NCBI GenBank assembly: GCA_002633005.1
Contig: NMRA01000107.1
Location: 1 to 64,000 of the forward strand
DNA from: Phoronis australis
Lineage: Eukaryota; Animalia; Phoronida
Direction: 5' to 3'
Length of the DNA: 64,000 bases
Each line of letters begins with the position of its first letter. The stretch's first letter is position 1. Shown one piece after another: positions 1 to 11,307 of the stretch. Position numbers and translations under genes: made by a program. The notes beneath the pieces were generated by a model, which worked only from the letters and a program-made list of their open reading frames with translations, was not told where the DNA came from and searched no databases.

Positions 1-47
1 CCGTTGCCGTTGCCGTTGCCGTTGCCGTTCCCATTCCCTTTGCCGTT
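1..47. repeat. (CCGTTG)n hexanucleotide microsatellite, truncated by window start
   Basis: ccgttg repeated about 5 times, then degenerate copies. Confidence 0.9.
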
Positions 48-479
48 TGAGGAATCTTTTTATCATTGTACCCAAACTCGTTCTTGGTTATTTTTGTCAT
101 CCTGTGGAATATCGTTGAGCTGTTTATTGTTTTGTAATCAAACCACGTTTGAACATTCCGACGGCAGTCACTTCATCTAGACTCCTGAACCTCAAGTCAA
201 TCTTATGCATGCTATATTGCCCCATCTACGTTGCGACTGCTTCGTTAATTCTAGATAGGAACTGAAGGTAATATGATAAATGTTATTGCTGAAATATTTT
301 GAATACATGTAACAGTACAACATAAAATTTGACGCTAAGAAACTAACACTTGAAATATAACTTTATTGTAAGTTTTACAAAAGTTAACCAATACTAAAAT
401 ATTTTATAAATATTAAGCCCTAATGCAAACTGCACGAATGCGGATTTTCGAAGAAAACTTAAGATCGGATTCATTCATG

Positions 480-1200
480 CAATGACAGTAAAATGTCTCC
501 GAGATCACATCAAATTCGGTAAATACGTTTTCTAAGAGTCTACATACAACACTGAGCATCAAATGTACATACAGTTCTGGTACTTCCAAATTTAGAAAAA
601 CCTATAAAACGCCTTATCACATAGCGATATGAGATATTAAACATGTTGAAATTCCATCAACCGGTGGACAGTATGCATTGGAGTACAGAAAGAAATACGC
701 AACTGATTTTGACTGGGAGACTACACAAATGGAATTTTTTAGTTATAGAGTAGGCTTGGAAATATAGCTTTTTTCCGTCTTTGTGAGATGTCACAGCCAT
801 CCATAGTGAAACTAATTATAATATCACCAAATATTCAATCTCCTGTACACTCTTTAAAGGATCACCACATTAATATAAGTTGTGCAATACAGAAGTTCCT
901 AACAATCTACTTTCAAAACACATAACAGTACCCTTGATAATGATATTCATGTTCATGTGGTTTATCATAATGCCCACATACTGCAAGAAGTTCAAAAATA
1001 CCATTAACTGAGGGTAAGAACAGAATAAGATCTTCGGCATACATAAGATGATTGATGTACACAGGAGATATGACTGCACAGACAATTATAGGGTCACTCA
1101 AAAGTGATATAAGTCCAACCATGTCCACATTGAAAAGGTTGTCCAATAGTATACCATCTTGTATAACGCCATTTGAAGCTTTGAAGAATGTTGACTGGAA
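480..1200 (-). mobile_element. Degenerate non-LTR retrotransposon (LINE) reverse transcriptase fragment, possibly RTE-X-like
   Basis: Minus-strand translation gives FFKASNGVIQDGILLDNLFNVDMVGL (cf. RT motif NGVRQGGILSPxLFNVYM) and INHLMYAEDLILFLPSVNG (cf. YADD). Frameshifted and interrupted by stops. Clade is a guess. Confidence 0.8.
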
Positions 1201-2211
1201 CAGGCTTTTTCATGACAATTGATGGAGAACATTCGAATAAAAATTCTTAGTTTGCTTCGATGCATTATTGACCGTCTTGTTAGCCAAGGAAATTCAGGTC
1301 CATCAGCTTTAAGGAAGAAATTCCCACCTCTGGTTGTGACGCCATGGTCCCGCATGTTAATGATAGACGAGTCAATCAAAGTCCAGTGGTTTGACAACTG
1401 GCAAAGTCACTGAAATTAAATAAAGCAATTAAGACTAAATGAAATTAACCTCCGAGAAGGAATGTAACACAGATCACCCGAAATGAAATTACAAAATTAC
1501 CAGTCTTCTGCTCCGCAGATTTAGAGACCATGCCCTGAAACCAGGTGTGAAACCGTGTACAAGAGCAAAGTCGGATATTTGATTTTTCACTCATCTCATG
1601 ATGCACGAACTCACGGAAGAGGCAACTTCCGGGATTTTTTTACCTTTCCGACTTCGGAGTTATTTTGTCTTGGTTGTTCAGGGACATCTTTGCTTCACTG
1701 CCATGGGTGTCGAAGTCACTGTCCTGCTCGTCCAGGTCCTTTATGACAAGAAATAACGAAAACATTTCTCCAACTTTGAAAGTTTATATCTCAAACATTT
1801 GTGTAAAACTTTCAAATATTATGACTTAAACACTGTTCACAAAACGACATTCAAATAATTGTATTTTAGTGCCTCTCGAAATGACCCAATAAATATTTGT
1901 CAATGTACACTGCGCTATTGCATTTATTTACATTTTTAAATTTTCCTTTACCGCTACTACAGTCTTACTGCACCGCTGTCGATGACATTAAGTCACGGGT
2001 TTCTGGGCTTATAGACCTTCAGACTAGTTTCGAACTAAATAGCTTTACTTCCTGTCGGATTGGTGAGCCTTCGGCCTTACGGGGCCTTTTTAAAAATGTT
2101 TTAATAGTCGCATAATTTGCCTTCAGACATGTTAAGCTTCGGAGTATCGAGCTCCACCCTATTTATATTAATGCACTATGACTGGCAAGCTGCGTTTAAT
2201 TACCTTCTTAA

Positions 2212-3924
2212 TTACTCTGCGCGTGCAAGCGCACAGTTTTGCTGTTCTATGTATCTTATCTTCTTATTACTCAGCGCGTGCAAGCGCAGAGTACTCTTGT
2301 TCCTGGGTTTTCTTCAATTTTATTACTCTGCGCGTGCAAGCGCAGAGTACTGTTGTTCCTGGGTTTTCTTCAATTTTATTACTTTTCGCGTGCAAGCGCA
2401 GAGTACTGTTGTTCCTGGGTTTTCTTCAATTCTATTCTTATTACTGTTTTACTGTTCTACGTATTTTATATTCATATTCTTATTCTTCCTTCCTTTTCAG
2501 ATTGTTATTACTCTTACATCCATTCACTTACAACAATCATACTCACTATGGTTAATATGATAATCAAGGGATTTCTATTGATGATATCCTTTTGACACAA
2601 AATGCACCGGATTGACCCGAAAGGGGTCAAGGAGTGCTTTTTTACAAAATGCTTCTTCTTCTACAGGTTTTTATATAGACTTTTCGAATTTTGGGAACAA
2701 GTAGACCCTAGACATCTGCATCTGAAATTTACCTGGAATTCCAATCGGATGAAGGGAACTGAGTTTCCGGGTCAAAAGTCATTAAGCGCAAATGTGATTT
2801 TTGCGCTAGACCTTTCATAATCATGCATATGATTATCAGTCACAAACACTGGGGTCACTAGGTGCAATTTTAGGGTCATTAAGTGCAGTTTTCTTTTAAA
2901 TTTAAGACTTTTTCAATCAGCTTGTACTTAAATGATGCATTAGGGAGAGCGTTCAAATTCATTGTGGTTCAACTAATTGCTTATCAAATTCTGTTGATCA
3001 CATGGATTTGACTCCAAATGCACCGGATTGACCCGAAACGGGTCAAGGAGTGCATTCCGTCAAAATGCTTCCTCTTCGACAGGTTTTTAGACAAACTCTG
3101 TGAATTTTGATAACAAGCAGGCACTAGAGAAGTGCATTCTAGTTCACCTGGAACTTGAAACGGATAAAAGTAACCGAGTTTCCGGGTCAAAGGTCATTAA
3201 GTGCAAAAGGGATTTTTGAGCTAGACCTTTCATAATCATACATGTAATAACCATTCTTAAAAGAAGTCCAATCACAAACTTTGGGGTCACTAGGTGCAAC
3301 TTTCTGGTCATTAAGTGCAGCTTTCTGTTAAATCTCAGACTTTCTCAATCAGTTCGTAATTACATGTTGTATTAGGGAGAGCATTTATATTCATGGTGAT
3401 TCAACCAATTGCCATTCAAAAACTATTTATAATACGGGTATGACCCAAAATGCACTGAAGGACCCCATGAGAGGTCAATCGGTATGTTTCATTCAAAAGC
3501 TTCTCCTTCTGCATTTTTTAGATTTCTTCTTGAAATTTCGTGAACAGCTTGGTGCCATATAAGTGCACCCAGAACTTACACGGAATTTCGATCTGATCAA
3601 CTGAACTGAATTTCTGGGTCAAAGGCCAATCAGTGCAAAAATGATTTCTGAGCTAGACATTTCATCAACACATATATCAGTTTCATTTGTAAATTAAATT
3701 CAGTCACAAACTTTGGAGTAATTAGGTGCAACTGTGGGGTCATTAAGTGCAATTTTCCATTGACATTCTAATTTTTCACTCTTGCTCTTTCATAGTTACC
3801 AGGGACATCGCTCTCTTTCACACGAAGGATGCAACTTTATGCAATGTAATTCACTTATGTTTTACTATGCATGTGCATATACCCCGCGCAGAGTTTTAAC
3901 TGCGCATACGCAATTGCATTCTAG
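2212..3924 (+). mobile_element. Non-autonomous Helentron-type element (HINE/DINE-1-like), family A copy 1
   Basis: 5' palindromic subTIR ACTCTGCGCGTGcaagCGCAGAGT amplified 4x (56-bp period); internal ggggtcattaagtgca repeats; 3' subTIR CGCGCAGAGT (3885-3894), small hairpin, CTAG end; no TSD. Confidence 0.8.
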
Positions 3925-5148
3925 TTTTAGTCTCCGGTTGTGAATTTTCGTTTTCCATCCTTCTTGTTCCGTTTTGGTTATCCGTGGGCTGCGTGGTATC
4001 GTTGTTACCTGGGTATGGCGATAAAATAAACAAAAACGTGCATAAATAAAATTTACAAACAATCGAGATATCAACTAATGTTTTTAATTTGCCACTCCCA
4101 TATTAATTGAGAAATCCTCGACTGCGCCACGGCAGAGGTCGATCATGGGAACCACTGTTCAGCTACTTGTGGCATCTGCAAAGGAATTCACCATTGAACC
4201 TTGAACCTTGAACGTAATTTGGATTCAGTCATGCTATTTTTCTTAGTATGTTATGGCTTGTGTTAGTATGTTAGTGCACTTGGTAGTCGTTATTAAAAAT
4301 AGCATTAGTGTCAATGCGAATGTACGTATACCAGCAAGACAAGTTGAGTCCAAACGAATAGTAATGGATTTGATAGATACAAAGATCCATCCGTTTGAAG
4401 TACATGTGTGTCATCAGCTCCCAAATACTAAAACATGAGTACAACCTAGAGTACAACAAAAATACAGTAAACACTTAAATTCTATTACAATAATCTGGAC
4501 ATAACACAGTTGTCACAGGTGGAGAGCTGTAACTGCAAGTGTCAGCGAGACCAAATTGCATTCAGTAATGAAAGTTATGTAACTCTATCGTCCCCTGTGT
4601 ATCGGGTAAGACCGCATCTCATGGGCGTTCCCTCACGGAAGAGGCAACTTCCTGGCCTCTTTTTAGATTTCCGTCTCTGGTGTTATTTTGTGTTGGTGGT
4701 CCCGTGACATCTTTCGTTCACTGCCAGTGGTTGAGAGGTCAGGGTCCTGCTTGTTCAGGCTCTGTATGACCCTCGAAAATAACTGTTCAGATTTAGGTCA
4801 AATGCCACATACCATGATTTGAACACCTATCACAACAAGAAAATGAATTGATCATAGTTTACTACATCAACAGTGTTTCTGTGATCACTTCCCGAATATT
4901 TTTATCAAATATATTTCGATTATGTTATATTGACACCATTGTTTTACTATCAATGTTTTGGGGTTTTTTGCTAAATTTTATGGGTTTTTTGAGTTTGAAG
5001 GCTTATATCTCAGAAATCGATGATCAGATTTAGGTAAAATGTTCGAATACTAAGATTTTAACACGGTCCACAAAACGAAAAGGAAATGATCACACATTAG
5101 AATATTAACAGTGTTTCTGATATCACTTGTGGAATAATTTCGGTCATT

Positions 5149-5395
5149 ACCACGGCGAGGTCTCTTGGCGTCTCCGTGTTAGGAAAGAAGGCTCTTCTAC
5201 GCGACGTAACCACTTAAGCTGAGCAGGCATCTTGTTGGATTTGGATGAAATACCAACAGCAAGACCACCAACAACCGTCAGACAGAGCCTGATCAACTAT
5301 GTTGTCCCGACTACTAGAGATGGTCTTGGCTTAGGGACGAAACCCTTAGGGACAGTAGGAGACCAACTGAAGATGGCGGTTGAGCACAATTCTAT
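5149..5395 (+). mobile_element. 3' fragment of a HERO/NeSL-like (RLE-type) non-LTR retrotransposon
   Basis: Reads TTARSLGVSVLGKKALLRDVTT*AEQASCWIWMKYQQQ. AExASxWIWxK resembles the HERO-clade ORF C-terminus as I recall it. Followed by a 3'UTR-like tail (cgaaac...actgaagatg). Interrupts a macro-repeat unit. Confidence 0.6.
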
Positions 5396-6364
5396 AAAGT
5401 GTTTAAAGTAAGTTCATTAAATCAAATTCGCGTCTTGTTATTGATACAGTTGTTTTACTATCAATGTGAATTTGTCTTTTATGTGATGAAACCAGGTGTG
5501 AAAGAGTGTATATGAACAAAGAGAGATGGCTGAATGGCTGGCGAGTAGATTTTTCACTTTGCTTTTCCAAATCAAACAAGTGTTCGGTAAAGTTTTGATG
5601 GCTCATAGAGCTCGCATGCAGTCGAAACTTGTACAGTGTAGCTTCTAGGATGTTGAACAGCACCACACCTTCTGGCCCTGGTGTCATTCGTGTAAGTGGT
5701 ACTTTGGTACACCGTCATTGTTTGCAACGTCAAAGTCCAGTGGTTCGACGAATGGTCAAATCACTAAAAAATTACAATGAGGTAAAAAGGAAATCAACCC
5801 ATTGCAAGTGGTAAAAACACACGACCTCAATTTTAAACTAGAAGTGAGAAAGAGTTGGCTGAAGTTATGAATTCCCGGTATTCATGGTTCCGAAGTTTTG
5901 CAAGTCCACAAATACATGAATCCGAAGATCCACACAAATCCTGAATTCCATTAGTTCGAAAGGTAAAAGTTCGAAATTTTATGACACAGTGACTTCCAGC
6001 AAAACGTTCGGGGGTTTGTAAGCACGTGCCTGTTTGAAATCAGTTCTTCAAAGAGCCAGTGTCTCTGGGAAGGATCCAAACAAAAATTTTCAATTAGCAC
6101 TGAGCTGTCGCTTTAATTTACATTTTCATATTTCGGTTCACCGCAACTAAAATTTTGCTGCTCTGCTGTCGTTGAGGTTTTGTGGTCTCATAGATGTTCG
6201 AACCAGTTTTGAACTAACTAGCTTTCTTTTGGCCAGATAAGGCCTTGTTAAAAACATTTTCAATAGACGTATTTTGGGTGTCAGGACTTCGGAACCTTCA
6301 GAGTGCCGAGACATACCCTATTTATACTAAAGCTGCATGACTGCAAGAAACGTTCGTTCATATT

Positions 6365-7744
6365 CATAATTTTTGTCTTAAACCCTTCTTCTTCCCAATG
6401 TAAAATACTAAAATTGCCACTAGAGGCATACCGTTAGAGAGAATCATCCTAAAGTCGTCATCGTCCGTTGTCAACATCACATAAATACACTTGCTAAATT
6501 TAGTAAAGATCCTGCAAACGGTTTGGGAGATATACGGACGGACGGACGGAGATGACGGTATAATGCGTCCACACATAAATATGTGGGCGCATAATAAAAA
6601 TCTGTCAAGGAACTTGAGAGAAAGAAAGGAAAACAGAATAAAATGATATTACCACTAGTGGACACAGCGTCCGTTGGATCCGCCTGAAAGTCGTAGTCGT
6701 CTGTTGTTATCTTCATATAAACACACTTACTAAATTTAGTAAAGATCCTGCAGTGGGTTTAGGGGATACAACTATGGGCGCAAAACAAAACTACCACTAG
6801 GAGGTTCCACAGTAGTCAGTCACCATCATCAAAGGTCGTCTTCACACTGAGAACATATATGCCAATTTTCAAATGAGTTGGTTGATACAGGGGTGGACGC
6901 CAAAAACAAGATTTAAAAACAGCAAAAATAGACATTAGGTGGTGCAAAATACCTCGATTCCATCCAAAAACAGGAAGATAGCGTCATCACAACAATAGAT
7001 GCCTATATTCAAAATTTTATGAAAATCTATTGAAGACCTTTGAAGATACAGAGTTAAAGGTAAAAAACTAAAATTGCCACTAGGGGGCACAGTAGTAGTC
7101 AGATCTGTCAGAAAGTCGTCGTCATCCGTCGTCAACATCATATAAATACACTTGAAAAATTAAGTAAAGATCCTGCGAATGGTTTAGGAGATACAGCCAT
7201 AGGCGCAAAAAACAAAACTGCCACTAGGAGGCGCCACAGTAGTCGAAATCGTCGGAAAATCATCGTCAACCGTCCTCTTTACAGTAAGCACATGCATGTC
7301 AATGTTCACAATCATTCTTTGAGCGGTTTGGTTGATAGAGAGGTGGACTCAAAAACAGTAAAAATGGCCACTAGGTGGCGCAAACTAAGTCGAATCCATC
7401 CGAAAACGGGTGAACAGCGTCATCCCACTAATAGGTGCCTACATACCAAATTTCACGAAAATTCGTCAAGGACTTTTGAAGACTCAAAGGTAAGCGTAAA
7501 AAACTAAAATTGACAGTAGTGGGCACACCGGTAGTCGGTTCCGTCCAAAAGTTCGCTCATGCCGTCCCATTCATGAAAGGAGCATATGTGTCAAATTTCA
7601 TGAACGTATGTCAAAGGGTTTTGGAGATAGAGCAGCGGACGCCGGACGGACGGACGGACGGACGGACACCGCACGGACGGACGTACGGACGGACGGAGAT
7701 GATGGCATAATGCGTCCGCATATAAATATGTGGGCGCATAAAAA
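6365..7744 (-). mobile_element. Two adjacent Helentron-type (HINE) elements, family B
   Basis: Minus-strand 5' ends TTATGCGCCCACATATTTAT..TG(T/C)GGACGCATTAT followed by a (CCGT)n microsatellite at ~6535-6598 and ~7640-7744; internal ccactagggggc-type repeats. Confidence 0.75.
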
Positions 7745-10162
7745 TGTCAAATACTTTGATTTAAATACCGTTCACACAACGAAAATGAAATAATCATATT
7801 TTAGACCACTAACACTAATTCTTAGATTGCTTCAGGAACACTTTCATAACATTAAATTCGATCTTGTTATTGATACCGTTGTCTTACTATCAACGTGCCT
7901 TTGCTTTTTGCTAAGTTTTACGGTTTTTGAGAGACTGTGCCCTGAAACCAGGCATGAAACAGTGTACATCAATAAATACAAATGCCTGAATGATTGGCAA
8001 AGTAGATTATTCACTTCGCTTTTACAAATCAAAAAAGTATTTGGTCATATTTTGATGGCACACTGGAGTACACACATGTTGTCGAATCCGGTAACTTCCA
8101 GCATGTTGACAGACATGGTGTCAGTATTGTTAGTGGTCTTACGGCACTTTGGTATACTGTCACTGCTCGCTACGTTAGTTCCTGCATGTTTTACATGTCA
8201 GCCAAAGTCCAGTTGTTCGACAAATGGCCAAGTCGTTAAACATCTACAATAAGATTAAGAGGAAATCAACCCCTTAGAAGTGAAAAACCAAAATGACCGG
8301 AATTGATATCTAAAAGTGAAAGAGTTTGGGTCGATGGTATGACATCACGGTATTCCTAGGTCTGAACGTTAACTAGACCAAAAGTCCCTAAATACGAAGT
8401 TCCACACAAGTCCGAAAGTCTATCAATTCGAAAGCTGAAAGTTTGAACTTTCAGGGCACGAGGTTCTGAACAGTGATTTCGAGCAAGATGTTCGGAGCTT
8501 ATATACATGTAGACATGTCCGTTTGAAACTAGTTCTTTGAAGAGCCTATGCTACTCAAAAGGATCCAAACAAATTCGGCAATGGTCACAGTTTCAAATTT
8601 TGGTTCACAGCCACTAAAAGTATGGTGCTTCGCTGTCGATGACTTTGAATCGCTTGTGGGTGTCATGGACCTTTGGATTAGCTTCGAAATAACTGGCTTT
8701 TCTGTCTGTTTGAATTCTGAACCTTCGGACTTATAGTGCCTTTATAAAAACAATTTTCATTTGTCGCATAATTTGCCTTCAGGCTTCTGAACCTTCACAG
8801 TATCGAGCTCGATCCTATTTACACTAATGTGTTATGATTCGCAAGCTACGCCAATTACCTGCTTAATTTTAGTCTTCGGTTATTAATTTCGGTCTTCCAT
8901 CGTTGTTCTTCCGTTTTCGTTATCCGTGGGTAGCATCGTATCGTTGTTGCGTGAATATGGCGCGTAAATAAACAAAAACCGGCATTAATAACAATCGAGG
9001 AATCAATTAATGTTTTCAATTTGCAACTCGAATAGTATTACTAACTGAAAAATCGTTGTCAATGTCACGGCAGCCACTTCTCAGCTCCATCTGATAGCGG
9101 CATCTTCAGAGGAATTCAAATGATACCATTCAGTATGCGACCTTGAACGTCATGTGGACTTTTTCATGTTGTGTTTCTTGTAATGTCAGGACTTGTGTTA
9201 GTATGTTAGTCCAATTGTTAGTCAGGGTTAGAATGAGCGTTAGCCCCAACGCGAATATACCAGCAAGACAAGTAACATACGTCTTGTGCAAGTGAATGGT
9301 AATAGATTTGATGGATGGAGAGATCTATCTATTAAGTACATGTGCGTCATCACCACCCAAGCACCAATACTTGAGTACAACCAAGAGCACGATTAAAATA
9401 CAGTCAATTCTCAATACTTGAAATTAATTGCAAAGATCTATATACCACACAGAGTTGTCAAAGGTGTGGAACTGTTACTGCAAGAAACAGAGAAAAAATG
9501 TCTACATTTCTCTAACTTTAAAATAGCTGTTCAAGTTAATGTATATTTTCAAATACTATGATTAAACACTGTTCACAAAGCTTAAATGAAATGATTATAT
9601 TTTAGAACACTTACAGTGTTTCACTCCTGGAACATTTTTATCAAACGAATATCTACTTTGTTATTAATACCGTTGTCTTACTATCAATGTACCTTTTTAG
9701 CAGAAATTTACGCTTCTTGGGAAACTGTGCCTTAAACCAGGTGTGAAACAGTGTACATGAATAAAGGCAGATGTCTGAATGACTGGCGAGTAGTTTTACT
9801 TCACTTTTCCAAATCAAACAAGTGTTTATTCATATTTTGATGTCTCATACGAGAACACGCATGCAGACCGAACCAGTGATTTCCAGTTGAACGGTACCAT
9901 AACTCTTGGCTCTGGTGTTATTCGTGGTCCTGTAGCCCCATTTGAAAACTGCTCGCGACGTCAGGTCTTGCATGTTAATTGTAGACTGGTCAGCCAAAGT
10001 CCTGTCGTTTGACGAATGGCCAAGTCGGAACAAACAACTTCAAAAAGGTAACCAATTCTTTAGAAGCGATAAAACCTATAGTACCTCATTGCCCTCAGTT
10101 AACAACAACAAGTGAGATACAGTGAGACCCAAAGGTATGAAATCACGGTCGTCATGGTTCCT

Positions 10163-10270
10163 GACGGACGCCGGACGGACGCCGGACGGACGCCGGACGG
10201 ACGCCGGACGGACGCTGGACGGAGATGACGGCATAATGCGTCCACATATAAATATGTGGGCGCATAATAA
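10163..10270 (-). mobile_element. 5'-end remnant of HINE family B with (GGAC/GGACGCC) microsatellite
   Basis: ggagatgacggcataatgcgtccacatataaatatgtgggcgcataataa is near-identical to 6548-6597 and 7694-7742. Confidence 0.75.
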
Positions 10271-10539
10271 CACACTAGTCAATCAAAATCCAGTAGTTTG
10301 ACAAAAAGCGAAGTCGCTTACATAAGCCTATACAAATACTAGTTTTCTGCTCTGTGGTTTGAAACCAGTTATAAAACCATGCACAGGAATACTTTCAATA
10401 TATCATACAAGAACAACCATGTAGTCGAAAGCTAAAACTTCCGGGCTGCTTTCAGATGAGACACACCATACTTTTTGACTCTAGTTTGTTTGGTTCACAG
10501 TTATTCGGGTATCATCGTGATTCGTTCGGAAGTTAGTGT

Positions 10540-11307
10540 CGCCCGTAATTACGATCGCAATTACAACAGAGACTGTGCTCGTGTTTTACGACCGTAATCG
10601 TTAAATCCAATGAGAAATTGGTTTGTAGTTTACGCGAGCTCAGCAGAAATTCTACGCTCGAAACTTTACGCTCGTATTTTTCGCTTGTAATTTTAGCAAG
10701 TAGCCGCACCAGTCCACGAGATCACCAGCATTTGATATCGTTTTGTGGTGCAAATGGTTTGTTATCCAAGTGTCTTGAATAAAGAATGAATAATTTACCA
10801 TCAACATTTGGAAACTATACTGCATTACCCCCAGAAACCGATTGGAACCAATGTTTTTGCAATTTCATATTATCTGCACGCATCGTTAAGAGTAAGAGAA
10901 CGAAACTTGGTCCAAATAATGAAAAAGCATGGTAATTTTAACAAATGAAATATGACAACCTGCTAGATATACATTTTCGCACCTCAGTATGTACTAATAC
11001 GGACCACTTTCAAATGCATGGGATATCTAGGGCAGCAAGTAAAAAAAAAAATCAGTGAGTCATCGATATTTTTCAATTTTTTTCTCTGATAAACTTTGCA
11101 CCTGGGATTTTATCTTCATAATATGTGCAAGAATACGAGCGTAAAATAACGTACATAAAATTACTAGTGTAAAATGACGAACGTAAATTTACGAGCATAC
11201 AACTGCTTCAGAGCTCACGTGACTACAGACCAATTTATCATTGGATATCAGAATTACAGTAGTAAAACGCTAGCTTTATAATAGTCTCGGTCGTAATTAC
11301 GAGCGTC
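10540..11307. mobile_element. Foldback/MITE-like element with ~150-bp imperfect terminal inverted repeats
   Basis: 10540-10690 (cgtaattacga..ccaatgagaaattggtttgtagtttacgcgagctc..tttacgctcgtatt) matches the reverse complement of 11130-11307. Confidence 0.65.

Noticed and set aside
2117-2595. Hydrophobic overlapping ORFs in all three frames
   Set aside because: Products of the tandem HINE 5' modules and T-rich microsatellite
5320-5380. Hammerhead ribozyme
   Set aside because: Core words are present, but the stem III closing pair and cleavage triplet could not be formed by eye
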